Positions 10,764 through 22,348 of a DNA stretch of 64,000 bases are shown piece by piece. Below the pieces are notes generated by a model, which made no database searches, was not told where the DNA came from, and worked only from the letters and a program-made list of their open reading frames with translations. The stretch is taken from positions 1,216,001-1,280,000 of the forward strand of contig CAVYKI010000003.1 in the NCBI GenBank assembly GCA_963769025.1, in the 5' to 3' direction. Numbering within the stretch: the stretch's first letter is position 1; the number at the start of each line of letters is the position of its first letter. Position numbers and translations under genes: made by a program. The DNA comes from an uncultured Verrucomicrobiae bacterium (GTDB lineage: Bacteria > Verrucomicrobiota > Verrucomicrobiia > Chthoniobacterales > Chthoniobacteraceae).

Positions 10764-12722
10764 TGTCATCGCTCTGGAAATTTCTCACTTCGGTCCGCCT
10801 CACCATCTGGCTGCTCGGCATTTCGGTGGCGCTCGTCTTTCTCGGCAGCATCGCGCAGGCGCCGGAGGGGCTCTGGAATGCGCAGGTGCGCTGGTTCAAG
10901 TCCTTCGTGGTGATCCGCCACGCGGGCGATGACTGGTGGGTGCCGCCGATTTTCCCCGGCGGACATCTGCTCGGCACGCTGCTGCTCATCAATCTGCTCG
11001 CCGCGCACTTCAAGCGGTTCCAGTTCAACTTCCGGAAATTCGGCATCCACCTCACGCACCTCGGCATCATCGTGCTGCTCATCGGCCAGCTCATCACGGA
11101 CAAGACGGCCGTCGAGAGCTTCATGAACTTCGAGGAGGGCGAGGCGCGCAACTTCACCGAGCATCACCGCGACGCGGAGCTCGTCTTCCTGCGCGACAAG
11201 GATGCGGATAATGACGAGGTCATCTCATTTCCTGAATCCATCGTGAGCAAGAAGGGCGAGCTCAAGCACGAGAAGCTGCCCTTCACGGTGCGCGTGCTCG
11301 AGTTCGGGGTGAACGGCGAAATCCTCAGCCTCGATTCGCTGCCGAAGGCGGCGGAGAACGTGAAGCGCGCGCTCACCACGCTGGATGCGAAATTTTCCTC
11401 CGCCGAGGCGCTCGTGCCCGTCGCCGAGGCGGACAGCGCGAACATGGACCGCGTGATGGTCTGGCGGCGCGTCCTGAAGGCGATGGGCGAAAAGCCCGGC
11501 GACCTCGTGGCCGACGTGAAGCGCATCGCCGCCGATCCGAAGCGCGGCGCCGAGCTGCTGGCGAAAGTGAAGGCGCAGTTCCGCGCGGACATGCTCGGCG
11601 CGTTCGAGCAGATGGGCGAGCGCGCGCGGCGTTTCGGCGCGCCGCGGATGGGCAGCGAGATGGGTTTTGTCGCGGAACTCGAATCCAAGGGACTCAGCGC
11701 CGATGCCGAGGCGCAGAAGCCCGCGGCGACGAACGGCTCGGGAAAATTCGCGCACATCGTGCCGCGCCCCGAGGTGAAGGACGACAAGCTGGGCCGCAAT
11801 TTCCAATACGCCGTGATCGAGATCCTCGAAGGCGGCAAATCGCTCGGCACATGGCTCGCGTCGTCGCGGCTGAACCCCGGCGAGATCGAGGCCGGCGGCC
11901 AGAAATGGCGCGTGGCGATGCGCAACGAGCGCTACTACCTGCCCTACTCGGTCCAGCTCGTCCGCGCGAAGCAGGAGGTCTATCAGGGCACGACGCAGGC
12001 GCGGGAATTCGCGAGCCGCGTGCAGATCAGCAACCCTGAGACGAATGAAAACCGCGGCGCGGACATCACGATGAACAACCCGCTGCGCTACGAGGGACTC
12101 ACCTTTTACCAGAGCACGATGGACCAGGGCGAACGCGGCCCCGGCACCGCCGCGCTGCTCGAGGCGCTCACCGGCCGGCCGCGCTCGGAATTCACCGGCA
12201 TGGAGCAGCAGGAAGGCGGACGCCGCAGCGGCCTGCAGGTCGTGGGAAATCCGAGCATGCTCGCGCCGTACACCGGCTGCCTGCTCGTGGGCTTCGGGAT
12301 GCTCTGGCAGTTCCTCTTTCACCTCACCGGCTTCCTCGCGAAGCGCGGTGGGCTGCCGCCGCCGCACTTCGGAGTGGCGCATCCGCTGCTCCCGCTTGTG
12401 CGCCGTGCTCATCATGGTGCCGGACATTTTCCTCGGCTGGGTCGCCTGGAAAAACGGGACGCTCTTCGCGATGGCCGTCGTCGCGGTCACGCCCTTCATC
12501 CGCCTCATCCTCGCGTGGCAGGTTTGGAAAGGGAAATACCTCGTGTTCTCGATGGTGCTCCTCCTCGTGCCCACCGTCCTCGCGATTCCCTTTGCCCTGA
12601 AATACCAGGAGACGCACGGCGCGATGCTGTGGCCCGTGACCATCGCGCAATTCGCCGCGTTCCTCGGCATCGCCTACGTCGTCTTCCGCAACCGCCCCAG
12701 CCTCACTCCCGCGACCGCATGA
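10763..12722 (+). CDS. resB: ResB/Ccs1-like cytochrome c biogenesis protein (frameshift near 12400)
   Basis: N-terminal TM with GIHLTHLG and ITMNNPLRYEGLTFYQS. The hydrophobic tail continues in ORF 12348..12722, whose TGA overlaps the next ATG (ATGA). Confidence 0.8.
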
Positions 12723-14611
12723 AAAAGTGGCTCCCTCTCATCATCACGCTCCTTTTCGCCGGCTGGTACGCCGGAAAGGTCCGCGTCCCCAAAAACACGG
12801 ATTGGGCCATCGCCGACTTCGGCCGCATCCCGATCGTCATGGACGGACGGCACATGCCGATGGATTCGCTCGCGCGCACGGTGCTCACTCTGCTGCGCGG
12901 CAAGCAGGAGGCGAACTACGAGCCGTGGAAGGGCGCGTTTGACAAGCCGCGCATCGTCACCGCGACCGAGTGGGCGCTGGAGTCCATGGTGCAGCCCGAG
13001 GTCGCCGACACGCGCCCGGTCATCCGCATCGACAACCCCGACGTGAAGGGCCTCTTCGATCTGCCGCAGGAAGCCGACGCTTCGAAGCAGACCGACGGCA
13101 AACATTTCTCGTGGTCGCAGCTCCAGCCGAAGTGGGAGGAATTCATCTCGGAGGTGCGCCGCGCATCCGCGAAGGAAGCCGACAAGCAGACGCCCTACGA
13201 GCAGGCGCTCATCCGCCTCGCGAGCGGCGCGCAGGCATACAGGAAAATGAAACTCACCTTTGGCCCCGCGGCCAGCGGCGACCTCGCGAGGGGACTCGCG
13301 GAATACAAGGAGCGCATCTCCGCGTGGCGCGAGGCCTTCAAGGCGAGCATGCAGAATCAGGAATATGATCAGATGGCCTACGGCTGGGGCGAGGAGCAGC
13401 GCACCTCCGCCGCGCTCATCGCGCCGCGCAAGGGCGCGGAGAAGGCCGGCGCCACGAAATGGGCCAGCCCCTTCGAGGAAGTGCTCGCGCTCGAACGCGG
13501 CGAACCCGCGCCGACGCTCGCCGGCTACGCCGACATGGCGAAGGCATTCCGCGCCGGTGACCGCGCCGGCTTTGCCGCTGCCGTGCGCAGCCATCTCGAC
13601 AGCATCGCGTCGAAGGAAGGCTTCGCCGCCGATCTCAAAAAGGCGACGCGCGAACAACTCCTCAGCTACGCCGCGCCGTTCTACTACGGCATGGTCATCA
13701 CCGTGGTCGCAGCGCTCTTCGCCATCGCCTCGTGGTTCAGTTCGGGAGGGCTGGAATGGGCGCGCCGCACCGCCGTGCAGCTCATGCTGCTCGTGCTCGT
13801 GATCCACACCGCCGGACTCATCGCGCGCTTCGTGATCGAGGGCCGTCCGCCGGTCACCACGCTCTACACGTCCGCGATTTTCATCGGCTGGGCCGCCGCG
13901 ATTTTCGGCCTGCTGCTCGAGCGCATCTATCCCTTCGCCATCGGCGTCGTCGTCGCCGCGGCACTGGATTTCTGTTCGCTCTTCATCGCGCACTATCTCC
14001 AGGTCCAGGACGGCACGACCTTCAAGGTCCTCCAGCCCGTGCTCGACACGAACTTCTGGCTCGCGACGCACGTGGTCATCGTCACGCTCGGCTACGCCGC
14101 GACATTTTTTGGCGGCTTCATCGCCATCATCTACGTCATCCGCGGCTCATTCGGCGGGAACCTCACGCCCGACCTCGCCCGCGCGCTTTCGCGGATGGTC
14201 TATGCGGTCATCTGCTTCGCGACGCTCTTCAGCTTCGTCGGCACCGTGCTTGGCGGCTTGTGGGCGGATCAAAGCTGGGGCCGCTTCTGGGGCTGGGACG
14301 TGAAGGAAAACGGCGCGCTCATGATCGTGCTCTGGAACGCCATCCTCCTCCACGCCCGCTGGGGCAGCGTGCTCGACGAGCGCGGCCTCATGTGCTGCGC
14401 GATCGGCGGCAACATCGTCACCGCGTGGTCGTGGTTCGGCGTGAACAACCTCGGCATCGGCCTGCACAGCTACGGCTTCACCTCCGGCGTCATGATCGCC
14501 CTCGTGATCTTCGCCGCCTCGCAACTCGCCCTCATCGTCTGCGGGTGGATTTTCTGCCGCCCGCACGTCGGTTTCGAGGCGAAAGCCAAACTCGAGCCGC
14601 AGGCGGCTTGA
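12719..14611 (+). CDS. ccsA: cytochrome c biogenesis protein CcsA/ResC (System II)
   Basis: WWD motif GGLWADQSWGRFWGWDVKE, LDTNFWLATHV and GLHSYG. Confidence 0.92.
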   Translation: MKKWLPLIITLLFAGWYAGKVRVPKNTDWAIADFGRIPIVMDGRHMPMDSLARTVLTLLRGKQEANYEPWKGAFDKPRIVTATEWALESMVQPEVADTRPVIRIDNPDVKGLFDLPQEADASKQTDGKHFSWSQLQPKWEEFISEVRRASAKEADKQTPYEQALIRLASGAQAYRKMKLTFGPAASGDLARGLAEYKERISAWREAFKASMQNQEYDQMAYGWGEEQRTSAALIAPRKGAEKAGATKWASPFEEVLALERGEPAPTLAGYADMAKAFRAGDRAGFAAAVRSHLDSIASKEGFAADLKKATREQLLSYAAPFYYGMVITVVAALFAIASWFSSGGLEWARRTAVQLMLLVLVIHTAGLIARFVIEGRPPVTTLYTSAIFIGWAAAIFGLLLERIYPFAIGVVVAAALDFCSLFIAHYLQVQDGTTFKVLQPVLDTNFWLATHVVIVTLGYAATFFGGFIAIIYVIRGSFGGNLTPDLARALSRMVYAVICFATLFSFVGTVLGGLWADQSWGRFWGWDVKENGALMIVLWNAILLHARWGSVLDERGLMCCAIGGNIVTAWSWFGVNNLGIGLHSYGFTSGVMIALVIFAASQLALIVCGWIFCRPHVGFEAKAKLEPQAA

Positions 14612-14644
14612 CCGCGGCGCACGCGCTGTTACCGACGACGCCCC

Positions 14645-15004
14645 ATGCCTGATCCGATCCGCGAATCCGAATTCCTTCCCGTCGAAGTCACCCGCGACAC
14701 CGTCCTCGCCGATCCGACCGGCAATCCCTTCAAGCTCGTCGTGGACCCGGTCATGCGCATCAAGCTGCGCCGCGCGCTGTTTGATCTCATCGAAAATCAC
14801 GACGAGGAGCTGGCCAACTACGTCAGCGACGGCCTGCTCGCGCTGGAGAGCTACAAGGAATACATCGAAATCTTCGCCAAGAGCCTCCGCGAAAGCATGG
14901 CCACCCGCGAAGGCGTCGCCTATCTCCTTCAGGCCTGCGGCTTCCACATCAACCCAGCGGAGATCAACCTGGCTCCCGAGACGCGCTGGAAGATCCATCG
15001 CTGA
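14645..15004 (+). CDS. hypothetical protein
   Basis: 119 aa ORF with coding-like codon usage filling the gap; no recognised motif. Confidence 0.65.
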   Translation: MPDPIRESEFLPVEVTRDTVLADPTGNPFKLVVDPVMRIKLRRALFDLIENHDEELANYVSDGLLALESYKEYIEIFAKSLRESMATREGVAYLLQACGFHINPAEINLAPETRWKIHR

Positions 15005-15074
15005 GGGGCCGGCCCGCGTTCGCTGCGGGCGACGCATTCGTGGTTGTCGAAAGTGATCTGGCCGAACGGCGCAA

Positions 15075-15488
15075 TCAGCCCCCGAATTTCACGCCGGCCT
15101 TTTGCACCTCGCGATAGGGCAGAAGCCAGATGAGCGACTCGTCGTGCAGATCCACCACCTGGATGCGGTTTCCCCACGGGTCGCGGAAATCGCAGCGGAA
15201 GCCTTTGATCAGTTCGATGCCGTATTTCCCGGTCAGCTTCTCGCGCACTTCGGCGATTTGTGTGTCATCGCGCACCATGATGCCGAAGTGATGGTCGCCC
15301 TCCACGCGCGGCATTCCCTTCCGCTCGAACATCGCAAGGAACTGATGCTCTCCGAGCTGGAAAAACGCATCGCCTTCGCCGCCGTCGAGCTTCTTCAGAC
15401 CGAAGACATCCTCGTAAAACGCCACCGCCTTCCGGACATCTCCGACTTCGATAGCCACGTGGTTGCAGCCGTAAACTTGCACACTCAT
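15075..15488 (-). CDS. VOC (glyoxalase/bleomycin resistance) family protein
   Basis: NHVAIEVGDVRKAVAFYEDVFG, HHFGI, FRDPWGNRIQ. Confidence 0.9.
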   Translation of the reverse strand: MSVQVYGCNHVAIEVGDVRKAVAFYEDVFGLKKLDGGEGDAFFQLGEHQFLAMFERKGMPRVEGDHHFGIMVRDDTQIAEVREKLTGKYGIELIKGFRCDFRDPWGNRIQVVDLHDESLIWLLPYREVQKAGVKFGG

Positions 15489-15723
15489 GGGATGAATTGG
15501 TTGGCCGCCCGGGTGGCGGTTTGTCCTGCAAGGAACACGATTTCTGTTCCGTCGGCAAGATCGCCAGTGAAGCTCGCAGCGGCGGACCCGTTCTTCCGAT
15601 GAGCGCGCGTTGCGCCGCCGCATTTGAAGGCATTTCGCGCACGCCGGCCCGCTCGCTTTCCCACCGCAAATCTTCCCGCTCGCCAACTGACAGCCGGTGG
15701 GCAAATCCTTGCAATACTCCGCC

Positions 15724-18296
15724 ATGAACCGCTCCCGCATCACATCGCTCCGCACACCTTCCATCCTCGTCGCCTTCGCGGCCATCGCCGCGGGCTCGCT
15801 CGCGTGGGCGTTGCATGAAAAAAACGCGGGCCCGCAGCAGTTCGAGATCAAATTCAAGCTCCCGCCGCCAAAGCCCCTCTCGCCGGAGGAGGCATTGAAG
15901 TCGTTCAAGGTCCCGAAGGGCTTTCGTGTCGAACTCGTCGCGGCGGAACCGATGGTGGAAGTCCCGGTCGCGCAGAGCTGGGATGAGCAGGGCCGCATGT
16001 TTGTCTGCGAGATGCGCGGCTACATGCACGACGTGGAGGGCAAGGGCGAGGATCAGCCGATCGGCCGCATCGTCATCCTCGAGGACACGGACGGCGACGG
16101 GAAGATGGACAAGCGCACCGTCTTTGCCGACGGGCTGGTCCTGCCGCGCGCCGTGGTGTGCGTGAATGGCGGCGCGCTCGTCTCCGAGCCGCCGGTGCTG
16201 TGGTTTATGAAGGACACGGACGGCGACGGCGACGCGGACGTGAAGGAGCAGGTGGATCCCGACGTACGGCTCCCGCGGCGGCCAGCCGGAGCACATGGCG
16301 AACTCGCCGACGCGCTTTCTCGACAACTGGATCTACTCCGCGAACCACGGCATCCGCTACAGGCTCAAGGATGGAAAATGGACCTCCGACGGCTCCGGCC
16401 GCCGCGGGCAGTGGGGCATGACGCAGGACGACTACGGGCGTCCCTATTACAATTTCAACTCCGACTTCCTCCGCGCGAATTTCGTCGCGGAGACGTTCTA
16501 CAAGCGCAACCCGAACTTTCCCGCGACTGCGGGCACGGGCGTGCAGCTCCTCAAGGATCAGACCTGCTGGCCGTCGCATCCGACGCCGGGCGTGAACCGC
16601 GGCTACGAGCCGAAGCAGTTGCGCGAGGACGGCACGCTCGCAAAAGCCACGGCGACCTGCGGGGCGGGCATCTATCGCGGCGGGCTTTTCCCGAAGGAAT
16701 ACGTCGGCAACGCTCTTCATCCCCGAGCCCGCCGGCAATCTCGTGAAGCGCGTGATCGTCGACGAAAAGGACGCCGTGCTCACCGGCAGGAACGCATACG
16801 GCGCGAACACGGAATTCATGACCTCGACCGATGAGCGCTTCCGCCCCGTCAACGCCTACACGGGGCCGGACGGCGCGCTCTACATCACGGACATGTATCG
16901 CGGCATCATCCAGCACAAGGGCTTCCTCACGCACTACCTCATCGCGAACATCAAGGACCGCAAACTGGAGGAGCCTTTCGACAAGGGCCGCATCTGGCGC
17001 ATCGTCCCCGACGGCGCGAAGCCGAAGACCGTGAAGCTGCCCGCGGACAACGAGGGAATCGCGGATCTCCTCGGCCACGCGAACGGCGTCATCCGCGACA
17101 CCGCTCAGCGCGTGCTCGTGGAGAAAAAGGACGCCACCGTCGCGCCCGCGATCGGGAACATCGCGACGACCAGCAAGAACCCGCTCGCAAAGATCCACGC
17201 GCTCTGGACGCTCGAGGGCATGGCCGCGCTGACCCCCGAGGTCGTCACCGCATGCCTCGAGGACAAGAATCCCAAGGTCCGCGCCACCGCCGTGCGCGTC
17301 GCCGATCGCACGCTCGCTCCCGCGCTTGCCAAGCTCGTGAACGACCCCTCCGTGGACGTGCAGATCGCGCTCGCGTTTGCGCTGGGCGGATATCCCGAGA
17401 CGCAGGACGCCGCCATCGCGCTCGCCCGCCGCTCCGGCGCAAACCCGCTCGTCCGCGAAGCCATCCTCTCCGGCCTGCGGGGCCGCGAACTCGAAGTCCT
17501 CGAAAGCATGATCGCCAAGCCCGCGCCCGCGGAGATGCTCGGCGCGCTCGCGCAGGCCGTGATGAATGAGCGCCGTTCCGCCCGCGTGAAGAAACTGCTC
17601 ACGCTCATCGCCGCCCAACCGGCGAACGGCCCCGTGCAGATCGCCATGCTCCAGGGCGCATCCGGCAAAACCACGGCGAAGACAGCGCCGAAGATCAAGC
17701 TGCTCTACCTCGATTCCGAATCCTCCGAGATCGCCGCGCTCGCGGCGACCGCAAACGCAACGGCCAAACCCCTCGTCGCCGCAGTGGACGCGCGCGTCGC
17801 GTGGCCGAACAAGCCCGGCGTCCCGCCGCCGCCGGTCATCGTGCCGCTCACGCCCGACCAGCAGAAGCTTTTCGAGGGCGGCCGCACCGTTTACGCCATG
17901 CTCTGCACCGCCTGCCACCAGCCCAACGGCACCGGAATGGACGGGCTCGCCCCCGCACTCGTGGACAGCGACTGGGTGCTCGGCGATCCCACGATTCTTT
18001 CACGCATCATCCTCCACGGGCTCAGCGGTCCCATCAAAGTGAACGGCCAGACTTGGAGCCTCGACATGCCGCCGCTCGGCCCCGCCCTCAACGACGAGCA
18101 AATCGCGGGCGTGCTCACCTACATCCGCCGCGAGTGGGAGCACAACGCCTCGCCCGTCAGCATCGCCGACGTGGCCAAGATCCGCGAGCTGCACAAGACC
18201 CGCACGAAGGCATGGACGGAAGCCGAACTGAAACCCGCCTCGAAGAAACCGGCCGCCGAGAAACCAAAGCCGGTCGCGAAGCCCGCCAAGAACTGA
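15724..18296 (+). CDS. PVC-type membrane-bound dehydrogenase-like beta-propeller / HEAT-repeat / c-type cytochrome protein (frameshifts near 16265 and 16715)
   Basis: LSPEEALKSFKVPKGFRVELVAAEP, LEDTDGDGKMDK, GQWG, FRPV..TGPDGALYITDMYRGIIQH, HEAT-like helices, and CTACH heme motif with distal MP. Confidence 0.85.
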
Positions 18297-18326
18297 CGCG
18301 CAGGGGCGCCCCGGCACATTCCCCCG

Positions 18327-19313
18327 ATGCCCGCGCAGAGCCCCACGCAGGACGGCAGGCCCACCCTGCGTGTAGCGTCGGTGCAGTTTGAAAGTCAGCC
18401 CGGCGAGAAGGACGCGAACTTCCGCAAGGTTGAGACGTTCGCGGAACAGGCCGCCGCGCAAGGCGTGCGGCTGCTCGTGTTCCCGGAGTGCTGCATCACG
18501 GGGTATTGGTTCATCCGCAATCTCACCGTCCCGCAGCTCGCGGAACTCGCAGAGCCGATCCCCGACGGGCCGAGCACGCGGCACTTGATCGCACTCGCGC
18601 GCAAGCACGGCATCACCATCGGCGCCGGCTTGGTAGAGGACGCGGGTGGCGGCGTGTTTCACAACAGCTACGTCGTCGCGCTCCCCGACGGAACGTGGCA
18701 TCGGCATCGCAAGCTCCACGCCTTCGAGCACACCTCCATCCGGAGCGGGAACGATTACACGGTGTTCGATTTGCCCGATGGTTTCCGCGTCGGCGTGCTC
18801 ATTTGCTACGACTGCAATCTCGTCGAAAACGTGCGCATCACCGCGCTGCGAGGGGCGGAGATTCTCATCGCACCGCACCAGACCGGGGCCGTGCGGAGCC
18901 GGAATCCGAACCTGATGGGAATGATCGATCGCCGCCTTTGGGAAAACCGGCGCTCCGATCCCGAGGCGATCGAGCGCGAATTCCGCAGCGACAAGGGTCG
19001 CGGTTGGCTCATGCGCTGGCTGCCCAGCCGCGCGCACGACAACGGCATCTTCCTCATCTTCAGCAACGGCGTCGGCGTCGATGACGACGAAATCCGCACC
19101 GGCAACGCGATGATCCTCGATCCCTACGGCCGCATCCTCGCCGAGACGTGGAAGGCGGAGGACGCCATGGTCATCGCCGATCTCGACGCGCGACTGCTCA
19201 CCGATGCGACGGGCAACAAATGGATCCGTGCCCGGCGACCCGAACTCTACACGCCGCTCACCGTGCCCACCGGCATGGAGTGCGACGTGCGCACGCTGAA
19301 GTTTGAGGAGTAG
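18327..19313 (+). CDS. nitrilase/carbon-nitrogen hydrolase family protein
   Basis: E-K-C triad: FPECCITGY, HRKLH, ICYD. Confidence 0.92.
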   Translation: MPAQSPTQDGRPTLRVASVQFESQPGEKDANFRKVETFAEQAAAQGVRLLVFPECCITGYWFIRNLTVPQLAELAEPIPDGPSTRHLIALARKHGITIGAGLVEDAGGGVFHNSYVVALPDGTWHRHRKLHAFEHTSIRSGNDYTVFDLPDGFRVGVLICYDCNLVENVRITALRGAEILIAPHQTGAVRSRNPNLMGMIDRRLWENRRSDPEAIEREFRSDKGRGWLMRWLPSRAHDNGIFLIFSNGVGVDDDEIRTGNAMILDPYGRILAETWKAEDAMVIADLDARLLTDATGNKWIRARRPELYTPLTVPTGMECDVRTLKFEE

Positions 19314-19340
19314 TGCCGCCCGTAGGCCGGCACTGCCGGG

Positions 19341-19739
19341 TCAAATCCCCAGCGCGAGCAGCAGCGAACCGTCGATCCTCGTGGAGGAACCCAGCCCGTG
19401 GCGCATGCGGAAACTGCGGATCGCCCCCCGTGTGCCGGGACCGGCGTCACCGTCGATGGAACCGGTGTAATAGCCACGATTTTTCAACGCCCGCTGGACC
19501 CGGACGACGGTCGATTCTCTCGAAGACCTGCCACGATAGTGGTGAGGGGGCGGTGGTGGTTGCGGCGGCGGGATCACGATGCGCCCACGTGGAACCGGAA
19601 AACCGGAGCCGGGCTGCCCCGGGCCGGGAGGCGGGCTTGCCGGTCCGCCAGCGGGCGGCGGCTGGGCCAAAGCCACGGTCGCCATGGAGGCAGCCGCGAC
19701 GACCGAGACGATGCGAAGCAAACGGAAGGATGTTTTCAT
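19341..19739 (-). CDS. secreted Pro/Gly-rich protein with C-terminal peptidoglycan-binding (PG_binding_1-like) domain, paralog 3
   Basis: Signal peptide; VVRVQRALKNRGYYTGSIDGDAGPGTRGAIRSF...GL. Confidence 0.85.
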   Translation of the reverse strand: MKTSFRLLRIVSVVAAASMATVALAQPPPAGGPASPPPGPGQPGSGFPVPRGRIVIPPPQPPPPPHHYRGRSSRESTVVRVQRALKNRGYYTGSIDGDAGPGTRGAIRSFRMRHGLGSSTRIDGSLLLALGI

Positions 19740-19751
19740 GCGATGAATATA

Positions 19752-20243
19752 CTACAGGCCGAGCGCACGCAGAAGGCTGGAATCGATCGCCGAAGAGGGC
19801 TCCATCCCCTTCTCTTCGCGGAAAGCACGAATGGCGGCACGCGTTCCACTCCCTGCATCTCCATCGATCGCTCCGGCATAATAGCCGCGCGTCTTCAATG
19901 CGCTCTGAACTTGGACGACAGTCGTATCCCGCGAAAAACTCGAACTCCGGTAAACCCGCGAACTCCCACGGTAGTAAGGCGGTGGAGGTGGCGGCGGCGG
20001 GATCGGAACCACGAGGCGAAAGCCGGATCCGCCCTGCATCGGACCACCTGATTGCGGGCCTTCCGGGCCACCCTTCTTGCGCTGTTTGCCTCCCTCGTCA
20101 CCCCGCTGCCCCGGTGGGCCGCCACTGGCCGGTCCGCCGGATGGTTGGTCGCCTTTCTTTGGTTTCTTTGCAAAGGCCGCCGGAGTGACGGCCAAGGCAC
20201 CTGCGATGGTGACGATGGAGAATAAGCGGAGTGAGGCTCTCAT
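19752..20243 (-). CDS. secreted Pro/Gly-rich peptidoglycan-binding domain protein, paralog 2
   Basis: Signal peptide ending AFA; VVQVQSALKTRGYYAGAIDGDAGSGTRAAIRAF. Confidence 0.85.
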   Translation of the reverse strand: MRASLRLFSIVTIAGALAVTPAAFAKKPKKGDQPSGGPASGGPPGQRGDEGGKQRKKGGPEGPQSGGPMQGGSGFRLVVPIPPPPPPPPYYRGSSRVYRSSSFSRDTTVVQVQSALKTRGYYAGAIDGDAGSGTRAAIRAFREEKGMEPSSAIDSSLLRALGL

Positions 20244-20249
20244 GGATGA

Positions 20250-20666
20250 TTACAGACCGAGCGCACGTAACAGGGTGCCATCAATCCTCGTCGAGTATGA
20301 AAGTCCGCTATCCCTCCGGAACCCGGCAATCGCGGCCCTGGTGCCACGGCCAGCAATTCCATCGATAGCCCCGGCGTAATAGCCGCGATTTTTCAACGCT
20401 CGCTGGACCCGCACCACAGTCGAGCTCGTGCCTGAATAGTAGCTCGAAGAGCGATGGCGATAATGCGGCGGGGGCGGCGGTGGAATGAGCCGCTCCAGAA
20501 TCGGGCCGGGTCCGGGTCCAGGGCCGGGCCCGGGTCCGGGGCCTCCCGGGCCGGGACCTCCTGGCCCACCGCGTCCTCCGGGCGGCGGTTGCGCAAAACT
20601 CACGGGAAGAGTGGCGACGAGGGTCAGTGCCGCCACGACGCAGGAAAAACGGGATACTGTTTTCAT
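20250..20666 (-). CDS. secreted Pro/Gly-rich peptidoglycan-binding domain protein, paralog 1
   Basis: Signal peptide ending SFA; (GP)n tract; VVRVQRALKNRGYYAGAIDGIAGRGTRAAIAGF. Confidence 0.85.
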   Translation of the reverse strand: MKTVSRFSCVVAALTLVATLPVSFAQPPPGGRGGPGGPGPGGPGPGPGPGPGPGPILERLIPPPPPPHYRHRSSSYYSGTSSTVVRVQRALKNRGYYAGAIDGIAGRGTRAAIAGFRRDSGLSYSTRIDGTLLRALGL

Positions 20667-20834
20667 AAACAGGATTCGAGACTCGCAGCCCGACTGGCTG
20701 CATAAAATTGCCGCCAGCCGGAATCGCCCTCACGTGGAGCACTCTCGACTTCCTCGGCGAATCTTTCGTTCCGGCGACCCTCCATTTTTGCTGCTTCCAC
20801 GCTCCGATTCTTGGAACATTCCAACGCTCCTGCC

Positions 20835-22344
<1,510 letters not shown>

Positions 22345-22348
<4 letters not shown>

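Noticed and set aside
10676..14611. Apparent 1311-aa ResB-CcsA (CcsBA) fusion ORF
   Set aside because: The linker 12400-12718 is Arg/Pro-rich off-frame sequence. The alternative frame encodes TM helices ending in an ATGA overlap with a clean ccsA start, so a single indel explains the fusion.
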